Position numbers and translations under genes: made by a program. The notes under the pieces are model-generated. The model saw only the letters and a program-made list of their open reading frames with translations, was not told the DNA's origin and ran no database searches. A stretch of 64,000 bases of DNA. It comes from Octopus sinensis. Lineage: Eukaryota. This document shows positions 27,035 to 38,378 of this stretch, piece by piece. Each line of letters opens with the position of its first letter. Within the stretch, counting starts at the first letter, position 1. The stretch spans positions 57,102,001-57,166,000 of the forward strand of contig NC_043004.1 of assembly GCF_006345805.1 (NCBI RefSeq), read 5' to 3'.

Positions 27035-27440
27035 CCTGAATGGATAATCCGTGGCGCAGAGTATTTACTGACTAAGGTGAACGGTGCACACTATTTAATT
27101 ATTGTTGATAGCGGTACAAAGTGGCCAGAGGTATGCAGATGCAATAAACCAACCGCAAAGAGAACATTATAGTTCCTGTATAAATTATTTACCCGATATG
27201 GTGTTCCAGACACGTTGGTATCAGATAATGGAACACAATTTACGGGTCCTGAATTTTAAAATCTCTGCAAAATACAAGCGATAAAGTATGTTTTTGCCCT
27301 ACCCTTCCATCCGAGGTTAAACGGGCACGTAGAAAGATTTGTTGATACTTTCAAGCGAGCGTTAAAAAAAGCGAGGAATGACGCTGCTAATGACGAATCG
27401 GTAACAAAATTCTTGTGAGTATATAGAGTAACACCCATTT
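27035..27440 (+). pseudogene. pol: Integrase core remnant with in-frame stops
   Basis: HYLIIVDSGTKWPEV...RYGVPDTLVSDNGTQF...HPRLNGHVERFVDTFKRALKK. Confidence 0.9.
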
Positions 27441-28203
27441 CGAGTTAATATTCACGCCAAAAATAAAATCGATATTCGATAAATTATTTCTAGGAATAAT
27501 ATATTTAAAGGAAATGCAGAAAAGGCCACAAATCATTTTGAAGTAGGAGATAAAGCCTATATTAACATTTATAAAAATAGTAAAGGGTGCTGGGAGGATG
27601 GTTTTGTAACTAAAATATTATGAAACATGATGTAAGTAATTAAAGGACAACGTTGGAAACATAATAGACACTTAAAGCAATCAAAGACAAGACATACTGA
27701 AAGACGAAAGGAAATGCCATTGAAAGTCAGCTATGAGACATGTCTGAGGTGCCAGTGCAGAAAGTGATTGAACATCGTAGAAGCAGGATTAGAAAAAGGA
27801 AAGAGACTACACTTAGAAATAATGCCAAAAAGCGAAACAGATATTAAATTTTGAAAATAAAAAAAAGAGAGAGAGAAGTGCTGAAAAAGTAAAAAGAGAA
27901 AACAAAGTTCATTTCTTACAGAAGACGAAATCTCGAAAGGGAAGATGAGAATCACGACGCCTACTTGCGAAAAATAGACTAGACCGAGCGAATATCGGAG
28001 TGAAGTTTGTGTGTTCGAGTTGAGTTCGCAGTGAAGTCGGAAGATGTGGGTTGGTTAATTCGTTTGAAACATTGATTCACGAAGAGGTTGTTGTTATTAC
28101 GGCTGCATCGTTATCTTGTTTACTGTTACTACACTATCCGTCAAAATATCGTGGCTGTACTACGACATTTGGAGACTGAGGCTATAACATGTGTATTCAT
28201 ACA

Positions 28204-28251
<48 letters not shown>

Positions 28252-29344
28252 TCATGTTAACTACTCAAGAAACATATCTACTATATTATTCGAGCTTCGA
28301 GAGCATTTATATGAGTATTTTCGTCATTAAGTTAATTTGGCAATCAAATTCCTTTCTCCAGGCACAAATTTTACTCCACTGAACACTACTTTCCATTTAT
28401 CAAATACTGTTTTTAGTGGAACTTTATTTAAATGAACGCAATGCCCGGAATGTTTGTACGTTAGATTGTATGTCAATCCCATTTTATGTCTTCCGCATAA
28501 TCTGTCCTGACGAAATCTTAAAACTTTTGTTGATATTCTTCTTAAATCTGCCAACAGGTGGTCACGGAAATAATTCTTAATCACGGTAAGAAAAGCTTTG
28601 AAATAAATCTAGTCTGCATTCATTTTAATTCTTTAAGATAGGGTGGGAGGTTGATTTGTAGAAACAGAAGATTATCTCAAAGAAATATTTTTTCATTACA
28701 TTGCGTGAATATATATAATCAAAAGAAAACAGATTTATTCTAACGAAGAATATGTAAACAACATCGTCATGAGTATCGTTTGCTCTATTTTTCTATCGAT
28801 TTTTCTAGTCTGTCATTGCTATTACTCGCCCTACATATCCTGTCTTTTCGCTTTTTATGCATGTATATATCAGAAAAGCGAAGAGTAGAAGAGAAGAGAC
28901 AGAATTGCGTATTTCATTATTTCCTGCATATGAGCAATGTCATACATGCTTGTGCGTACGTGGTTACCATGCAGCAACCTACATTTATTCCAGTACATAC
29001 GTAAAGTTAGCTAAAGTCGAAGGTCATTGGATCGAAATAAACATTGAATTTCATAAGAGGTGTTAATAAGAGGTGTGAAGTTGTCTCTCAGTAATTTGTT
29101 TCTTGGTGATAAGCATATTTTGATCCATCTCAGCTATTTTGCTTCATTGCTTTCATTTGGTTTAGGACTTGGCAAAAGCAAAATATTGCCGTGTTGACAA
29201 TATGTTGCACAACGAGAATATCCCTTTGAATGATACACCTAATATTATTAGTCACTTGGAAGAACAAACGTAGTGTTATATTTAGTCTTAATATTAATAT
29301 GTATACCAGTACTTACGTATCAACCTCATTCTCTTTATAAATAC

Positions 29345-29382
<38 letters not shown>

Positions 29383-30338
29383 TTGATATTTTTCTGCATA
29401 TGAATACACATACGCACACTGAGACACACATACATTCATCCATATATTTATATATATATATATATATATACATATGTGTGTGCACGTGCACATCTATGTG
29501 AGTGTATATATGGATAGGTATGAATTTACTAATTGCATTATAAGTGTTATACTTTCATTCACAAGGAAATAAATTGCTAATAGTATACGTGTATTAAATA
29601 TACAAATAATGAATTTAATAATAAATAATTTCGTACCATTTTTAGGTTGAGTCATTTTCATGCGCTTATCAGTTATCTATAAAAAGCTTTATAAATTCTA
29701 TTCGACGTTGTATAATGACAATAACAGAATCATCTCTTATTAACCTTATTGATAGAAGGTTAAATAGCAGAACAGAGCCGATGGCAGGCGAATTGTCAAA
29801 TAGCTGCTCAATAATAGTCCCTAAAAACGCATTCCGAATCAGTAAGATATTTCATCTCATTTTTTTCAATTCCTTTTATTGAATTCCACAGTGCACCACG
29901 TCAAATATCGATTGAGAGATGTGTAAATCATCGATTTTGATTTTTAACAAGAGTTATCTGTTCTCTGTTTGTTAAATTTTCAGATCATCTAGCATGTTCC
30001 TGTTCATTAAAAGAGAAATTGTTATAAAGGAGAAGAATTCAACATAATATTCTCATTTTGGTATTGAGATTTTTATGTTTCTGCCATTTATGTAATTTCT
30101 TAATTACTCTTTATATGAATTAATAAGCATTGACTAAAATGATTCTTAGGAATAAATGCAGGAATTTAGACTTGGGAGTAACATTGTTTCATGTCTGACG
30201 ATATGTTTATCTATACACATATCTACTTTCAGCTCTCTACCAAAGATATATTGTGTGCTAGTTGTCTAGTTGAATATCGTAAAATACGGTCTACAATATA
30301 TATCTATATAAGTCTATCTGTCTGTCTGTCTGTCTATA

Positions 30339-30687
30339 CAAGGTGATTCAAATGTCTCCATAGATAGGTAAAATTAATTTTCTTATAAGAAACATTTTAT
30401 AAGATCCCCTAGATTCCCTGATCTGACCCATCTTGATTTCTATCTTTAGGGGCATTTGAAAGGCATGGTGTATCGCGGAATGATGAGAAATATAAAACAT
30501 ATGAAGGAACATATCACAAACTCATTTGCACACGTATCACCAGATGTGCGATTACGAGTTCACAATGAATGGGGTAAACGTATTGCAATGTGTATTCGAT
30601 ACAATGGTCACCATTTACAGCCTGTTAAATAAAAAGAAAATGGTCTTATAAACTGATCCTATGTATGGCGACTTTTGAATCACCCTG
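30339..30687 (+). mobile_element. Internally deleted Tc1/mariner (maT/DD37D-like) element, 349 bp, TA-flanked
   Basis: TIRs CAAGGTGATTCAAATGTCTCCATA / TATGGCGACTTTTGAATCACCCTG with TA on both sides. The interior encodes PRFPDLTHLDFYL*GHLKGMVY...RIAMCIRYNGHHLQ, a transposase C-terminus. Confidence 0.88.
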
Positions 30688-30779
30688 TATATGTGTGTGT
30701 GTGTGTGTATAATATAATGTATATACATAATATATATGTATATATATAGATGTGTGTGTATAACAAATTTAAAAGTGGG

Positions 30780-31290
30780 GCTTATAAGCAGTTAGAACCT
30801 AAATTCCGAATAGAGGTCACTAGAGTGACAGGGTAATAACTAGTACCTCTTTTGCTAAAGATAAGAGTTAAAATAACTCAAAAGCCACAAAAGTATTGAA
30901 TTTAATGACGGACGAAGGGAGGTAAGTCCCCAACTTACATAGCCGGATCGTTATTTCGTATTTTGATGTAGCCCATCTTAATCCTCATCACCAACTTTTC
31001 ACGACTAGGGTTAAACTCAATTACCTCTGTCAGTCTTATAAGAAAAAACGATGAAAAAATGTCCTGATTTTCAAAACGGTAAAAGTGTGAACGACAAAAT
31101 AAAAAGGATGATTATTAGCAATTTGAATGTAAATGCAAAATTAATAGCTGTCACATAATTGACAGAGGCTACTCACTAGCACCACTTTGCTAAAAACAAG
31201 ATTGAAAATAAAATTTAAAATAAGACCTTTGCTAAAAATAAGATTTAAATAACTCAAAAGCCACAGAAGCACTAAACTTAACGACCGATA
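30780..31290 (-). mobile_element. Hammerhead repeat family, two partial units (~337-bp period), decayed HHR at 30942-30995
   Basis: TTGCTAAA-ATAAGA...AAGCCACA is repeated and shared with 37790-39250. The HHR reads gttg-GUGAUGA-ggatt aa gatg ggcta catc aa aatac-GAAAU aacg AUC-cggc. Confidence 0.65.
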
Positions 31291-31304
31291 TACATATATT
31301 TAAT

Positions 31305-31465
31305 CGCAAGCGTGTCTCTGTCGTAAGAAGTTTGCATGCCGACCATATGGTTTAAAATTCGATCCCACTACATGACATCTTCATCTGGTGTCTTCTATTA
31401 TAACGTCGGGCTGACTAATGTCTTATGAGTGGATTGGGTGGACTGGAATAAAAAGAAGTCCGCCA

Positions 31466-31496
<31 letters not shown>

Positions 31497-31690
31497 GTGT
31501 GTGTGCTTTTGTGAACCTGTTTGTCACAGCTTGATAATTGATGGTGCGTTTACGTCCTCGTAACTTCGAGGTACGGGAAAATAAGCTGAAAGAATAATTA
31601 CTAGGATTAAATAAGTCCTGGGGGCGATTTTTTAAAACTATAAAACACTTCAAGTGCTCCAGCCGTAATCAAATAATTGAAGCAAGAATG
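31305..31690 (+). mobile_element. SINE family A, strongly decayed
   Basis: Residual CTTCTATTATAAC...TTATGAGTGGATTGGGTGGACTGGAA and AATAAGTCCTGGGGGCGAT motifs. Confidence 0.6.
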
Positions 31691-31959
31691 CCATTTGTGT
31701 GTATACGGTGCGGGGATTGAGGTGTTTATAACATTTGGTGGCGCGCTGCAGTTAGCTCTTTCCTTTAAATTGTGATGTAAAACGGTTCCAATGATTATTT
31801 ATATATTATTTTATCTGTAGCTGATTCAGCTTTACTATACACCATTGTCGACTCATAGCCTGACGTCATTACCAATATTGTTTCTAGAGAAGAAGGTAGC
31901 AATCCTGAGTAGATTAAGGCATTCTCTTATCACCACCGCTCATTTTATTGAGACATGTA

Positions 31960-32640
31960 CTTTCTACGTTGACCATATAACGCCTGAACTTTTGGGGTAG
32001 GGGGCTAGTCGATTAAATCGGCCTCAGTACGCAACGGGTACCAAATTTATAAACCACGAAAGTGTGGAAGGCGATGTCGACCTCGGTGGAATTTGAACTC
32101 AGAACGTAAATACACGCGATACCGATAACGCTTATACCAGCTCGCCACATTATAATGTTCATCATATTATAAACAAAATTATCTTTATCGTTCTGAGTTT
32201 TCTCGGCCCCACAAGATTTCTAATTAGGACTGCAAAAATTATATTAGTATGAATAATAATAATAATAATAATGATAATAATATTAAATATTAGTAGTGGT
32301 GGTGGTGGTGGTGGTAATAGTAGTAGTAGCGGTGGTGGTATCATCCTGTTATCGCGTGGAACTGGCAGAATCGATACACAGATCATCGGAAGAAATGCGT
32401 TGTTGTGTTTGCCCTAGATCTTTACGTTTCGAGATAAAATTTACTCGAGTTCAACATTAGAGTTGATTCGGTCGTGGACGATAAAATAAAGTACCGTTCA
32501 TCACTGGAGAACGTCGAAAGAACGCTTTTGAGTATTCATTCCAAATCTTTAATTTCTGAGTTCAAGTCACGCTAAGGTCAACTACGTTGTTCATCTATCC
32601 GAATCCGACAAATTAAAGCATCATTCTAGTGCTGGGTTCA
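31960..32640. mobile_element. Decayed SINE family B copies (minus ~31960-32150; plus ~32360-32640)
   Basis: GTCGACCTCGGTGGAATTTGAACTCAGAACG (minus copy) and GAACTGGCAGAATCG (plus copies). Confidence 0.6.
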
Positions 32641-35600
32641 AAGATATAAATAAAACACTCGTCTGAGAATTATCTGCAATAGAAGTATTGCTGTAGTGTC
32701 GCAATATGTCTCTCGAAAGTTGAATCTGTTGTATACATCTCTCTAGCTTCCTTATATTCTCTGTTGAAAGAACTATTTCTATTTTCCATAAAAGCCATCA
32801 ACATGGGGGGGGGGTCTAATGCGATTTATTTTTTATCTTAAAAAAGAAATATTGTTTTATGCTCCAGTAAATGTTGATACTAATCTATTTAATTTATAAC
32901 AGGTCTTAATTTACATAGTATTTCACTTGGTATCAATCTTGAATGCACCAGTAAATTTGTACCTTAAGTACTGAACCGTATCTGTAGCGTTTATGTATAT
33001 TTCATTTCACTTCTTGTCGCACAATATTTGTTGTACTTTATCCCAATATTTTCTCTGAATGTCACTGGAATATAGTTTGTTTGTGTAATCTCTTAAATGA
33101 GGTGCTCATTTATTATTATTTTCATAGTAGAAGATTTCGTATTTGTTTCAAATAAATGAATATGAAAGATGAAACGCTCACGTTTTCGTGATTTTACCAT
33201 ACAAGTCAATTTCCTTTTTTCATTCAAATCCTCTGTCTACTGATGATGCTCTATTTCCCTAAAAGTTACTTTATTTGTTTTCTATTGTATATTAGACACA
33301 CAACCTTATCATTTAGCTGAGTAGAGATAGGGTTTCTTTTAACTTTATCGTCGATTTTGTATTGTATACTCTTTTTGAAAACTATTTAGAGAACTTTACT
33401 AAAGGGAGAATTATTACAATAGAATTCAAAGCAGTTACACATGATTATGTTATCTATTCTACTGATATTAAAGTGTACTTCTCTGGAAACAATATAGAGG
33501 TGTGCACGCTTTCATTTGGCTGTTATTACCTAATTCGTTGTAGCATTAAAAGTGTTTCACCTCATGCAAATTGAGTTTGTTGTAATCATTTCTTCTTCCT
33601 ACTTTAATGTTTCGATTAATTGTTACTCGTTGTTAGCTACATATTTTTTGTAAAGTTTATTAAATTGTTTGCGTTTACTGAGTCTATTTCCGTTTTAATG
33701 GAGAAGTTTTGATTTTCTATTTCCATAGTATCCTATTTAGATTTTGCCCATGATATTGATTGTAGTCTATTTTAAAAGACATTTTGTTTTATCTTAAGCT
33801 GGTGGATTTTTGCTTGCAAAATGCACGCTCATCAGCAATGAATATTTTTCTTCATTTTTCATTCCGAAATTTTTATATGAAGTTTCTTCTTGTGCTATGA
33901 TTTAGTTCATTCTACTTTCATCGTTTGCGGTGGTTCATTTTATTTATGAGGGGTTAACTTTATTTGTTATTTCTATTTATACATACTAAAATTTACTCCT
34001 CCATAATACCTACGTGTCTCTCCTGGTGCTTGGTAACGTTGGATTGGTGGTATTTGTGCAAAGACTTCGTTGGCCAATTATTCCCTAGGGTTTCATATTA
34101 TTTTAACTGATAATAGCAGTTTCAAAAGAGACATTTTCGTTATCCTATATGTTTTATGATACGTTGAGTTAGAAATAAAACACATTGCGTTATTCAGTTC
34201 TATTCGCTTCGATTCGGTTCTGTTTTCATGAGCCTGACAATATGCAGAGACATTACATAGTCGATAATGTAAGTAAAGATCAACTACCAAAGTGTATTTA
34301 GCTGTCTGATCCCGTCGCAGAATCTGCATCTTACCTTAGGAAACAGTATGATTTTTATGATTAATATACCTAGAGTAAGCCAAGCTTTTCCAAAAATACT
34401 TACAGCTTAAGCTTAATGTCATCTCCTTGCAACCTGTCTTCTGGTTAGAACATTTTTGCATTTGAAACCAACATAACTGGTATGAATATCGATATGCGAT
34501 TGGATAACTTCTCTACATGTTCATACGTAAAAACGTTCGTAGTTTTTTGTTTTCTTTTGTAATATATCTAAAGTATTTCATGGGACGTGAAAGAGTTGGT
34601 ATCTAAATATGTTTGGAAATTATCGGTAAGAAAGAAATTTACTGAATTAAATGATATTGAATAAAAAATAGTGATTACCTATATAACAATGTTACTTCAT
34701 AATTGCACCTAATATATGCTTGGTACTTTCAGTTGATCATACATAGCTAAATTTTGGGCAAACGTCACAACCTGGTCTAAGTTTGGAGTAATTCAGGCAA
34801 TATGGAAGCTAGACAATATAAGTGTGTGTTGTGTGTGTGTGGACGCGCGTGTTTATATGCATATGCACACACACGTATATGTATTGGCGTATACATATAA
34901 TATATATGTATTATAGACGGAACTGAAATAAAAGTGTGCTCTTTGCTATATAGGCGCGTACATTATATAGCTTTAAATTTGGAGAAAGTGCCAAATTGAA
35001 GATCGCTTTAATGTACTAACCTCTTGAAAACTTGAAAAGACATAAATTAAGCAAGATCGATTTCAGAAATATGTTTCTATTTACGTTCCATTTATGCATA
35101 AATCGGATATGAAATTTAGGAATTATATTATGAGGTTCCTAAATATTACTTTGTCAATACATGTATCGATCGATTTTGATTTAGCCTGGTGGAAAGGACA
35201 ACCAGATTTAGCATTTGTTTATGTGTCACATAGCCCCTAAAAGCACGTCGATTATGTAAAATATTTCTTCATTCAAATATTTAGATTCCACAAATAAAAA
35301 TGTTTGCTTAAATCTTAAAGAATAAAAAGGACAAAATAGTTTTATATTTTAGCCTATAGGCTAAATCTAAATGCAAATTTAATTGTCTCTAACTAACTAA
35401 CACATTAAATTTGTATGCTGCCATCACGAATTTAATTTCATTATCTAATATTTTACATAACGATATTTTATGAGATTAAACAACTGATTCTTGCTAACCT
35501 AGATTTGAATAGCGAATACATATTTGAATTTTAAACCTAGTCAAAGCAGTCAGATAATATAAGATACCAATGCACAAAGTTAAATTTCTTTAATGTCTCA

Positions 35601-35919
35601 CAAAATTTTGAATTAACACTTTCCTCTGTGGTTTAAAATCCTTTATGTTTGAGTTAACTAATAATGAATTTGATATAATTGTTAATCGAAAAGACTTATA
35701 ATCAATCACCTTTATAATGAGATTTAATTTTATGACTATATTTCTTTCCGAGACTCGGTTACGATTTTGCATATACGACGCATATTCTGCGCAAGCATAA
35801 AATGGCATATGTTCTTAAAACTCTAAACATTAAAGAAATCTTTATTAATTAAGTAAATATTTTGGTTATTCATGTAGGAGCTTGAAATATTTCGTCCATA
35901 TCATTAGCAATTTAATAAC

Positions 35920-35952
35920 GGTTTGTACTATTTTATGTTTTTGCAGGTAAGT
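35920..35952 (+). promoter_or_regulatory. Juxtaposed 3' and 5' splice-site consensus (possible recursive splice site)
   Basis: CTATTTTATGTTTTTGCAG|GTAAGT, junction at 35946/35947. Confidence 0.35.
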
Positions 35953-36772
35953 TTTAGAGTGAAACATTTTCCTTTTGAACATCACATGACGTAAGTAGCA
36001 ATATTTTCATTTCATCTTCTTCATATGATTACGTCTTCAAGACATGTTACTATATAAATGTGACACGCAAACAGGAAATAAATCTATAGTCTAAAACCTG
36101 ATGCTAATTTCAAAACAACTATGGAACATCAAACACAAAGTTAGAGACAGATTCATCTTGGTATGCGCAGGATTTCCTGCGAATTTTGTCAATTTTTCTT
36201 TTCTTTTGCAGTTGTAATTTCTCTTTTGAGCTTAACTAGGATGTATTCTGCAGACATCATCAAATATTTTGAAAATACCCGATTCATTGATCTGAGGGAA
36301 TTCTTTGCTATACGAAAAAATATTGCAATCAGTTTCAGAAATTTATTGCAATATATGTGTGTGTGTGAAACACACACTACGTACACACTCACACATACAC
36401 ACACACACACATATATAATGTATATATACACACAGTTATATACAAAAAGAGGGATAAGTAATCGACATTGGATATTTTTCTTCTTTGTAATGAATTTAAC
36501 TTACAGTATTAGTTTTTTTGATCGGTCAACTTTTCTCATATGACCACCCCGCCGATTGAGTATACCTATCAACAACGAATCTCTAAGGACTATTGAAAAC
36601 AGTAGTAATTTATTTCAGAAAAGAAAGATATGTTATGACCATCACTTACGCCTTGTTTTCTATATCACTCTATGCAAAAAACAAGTAGAAATGGAATACA
36701 ACTATGGTTGTAGCATATAAAATATCTTGACCGTATTGATAAATCCTGACTAATATTTCTGTTTTATATGTA

Positions 36773-37152
36773 TACTAGCAGTATCACCCGGCGTTGCTCG
36801 GGTTTGTAAGGGAAATAACTATAAAGCATTTTTAGAGAGTTATAGCCCAATAATAGCAAAAAAAATTGAAAAAAAATTATGGTAAATTTTTTTTGAGAGT
36901 TAAAAAAGGTGGAGTTGCGTCCCCTAGACAGTCTGTGGTTTGTGTTTCTGATTCTCGACCCCATGTCGAATTTATCGATTTTTTTCAGAACTGGGGGAAC
37001 TTTTCAAAATTTTCGCTGCGTTAGTTTTGAATTATGACATTGGGCTATGTGTGTATCAAGTTCATCAGAATCGGTTGAAAGCCGTGGTCAGGGTGAGGGT
37101 ACAACCTAACAGACACACACACAGACAAACTGCCGTTTATATATAGAGAGAT
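36773..37152 (+). mobile_element. Helentron/DINE-1-like non-autonomous element
   Basis: Shares its first ~125 nt with the 17134 copy; 3' region ATCAAGTTCATCAGAATCGGTTGAAAGCCGTGG...ACAGACACACACACAGAC...TTTATATATAGAGAGAT. Confidence 0.7.
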
Positions 37153-37347
37153 TACGATAAATGTAAACGCACTAATGTTTATTTTAGAAGCGTTGAAATG
37201 TGCCTTGCGAGACACAAATAAGATGATAATTCATTTTCAAGCGCATAAACGTTGATAGAACAGCAGAGACTGGATAAGATATCCATACAAAGCGGAAAAA
37301 TATTTACACACACACATACACACAAGGAAATTATTCATAAATAATCA

Positions 37348-37722
37348 GGCTGTGTGGTAAGTAGCTTGCCTACCAACCACATGGTTCCGGGTTCAGTCCC
37401 ACTGCGTGGCACCTTGGGCAAGTGTCTTCTACTATAGCCTCGGGGCGACCAAAGCCTTGTGAGTGGATTTGGTAGACGGAAACTGAAAGAAGCCCGTCGT
37501 ATATATGTATATATGTATGTGTGTGTGTTTGTGTGTTTGTCCCCCTAGCATTGCTTGACAACCGATGCTGGTGTGTTTATGTCCCCGTTACTTAGCGGTT
37601 CGGCAAAAGAGACCGATAGAATAAGTACTGGGCTTACAAAAGAATAAGTCCTGGGGTCGAGTTGCTCGATTAAAGGCGGTGCTCCAGCATGGCCGCAGTA
37701 AAATGACTGAAACAAGTAAAAA
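37348..37722 (+). mobile_element. SINE family A, young copy
   Basis: Near-identical to the 44181 and 51796 copies. Confidence 0.9.
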
Positions 37723-37789
37723 TGAGAAAGGGAGAATATAAGTAACGAGGAGGCATAAAGACCAAAATGGAAACATTTATAAATTTATA

Positions 37790-38333
37790 ATTAAGGGTAG
37801 AGGATAGTACTAGCATTGATAGAAATAAGAGTAGAACATGCTCAAATAAGCCACAATATCACTGAAAATTTAACAGGCTAATGAGATTGGAGAGCGAGTA
37901 AATAGCCACCGTGGGGGAAAGATGCAAATGAATTTGCAGATATACCTACATAACGTGGTTTCGAAATCTGAGATGTTACTCGTAGTTCTTTTCAGTAGGT
38001 CTCGGTGTTTGGGGTTTAATTGATACCAGCTTCGTCATGCTTGTTACAATCGTTGCAAGACTAGAGCCATACATAAATAAAGATTTTATTATTAATAAAA
38101 AAAAAAATAATATAATTAGGTAGCGCGTATAAAAACAAAAGATGTATACTTATATAATTATAATTAAAGTTGCTAGAAATAAGAGTCGAAAAATTGTCAA
38201 GTAAGCCACAATACTACTGAAAATTTAACAAGCTGACATATTTAGACAAATACATACAATTAGATTAGTGTGTACAACTATTGTAGCTAATAAAATACTA
38301 ACAACAAATCTACCCCCTACTATCAATTGATAC

Positions 38334-38378
<45 letters not shown>

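Larger units (their letters stand above)
26046..28181 (+). mobile_element. Internally deleted Ty3/Gypsy LTR retrotransposon (gag-protease joined to integrase; RT/RNase H absent)
   Basis: 5' LTR ~26046-26239, PBS TTTGGCGACGAGG at 26240-26252, gag, protease and integrase remnants, polypurine tract ~27935-27945, and 3' LTR ~27946-28167 sharing GTGAAGTCGGAAG and GGCTGCATCGTTAT. Confidence 0.9.
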
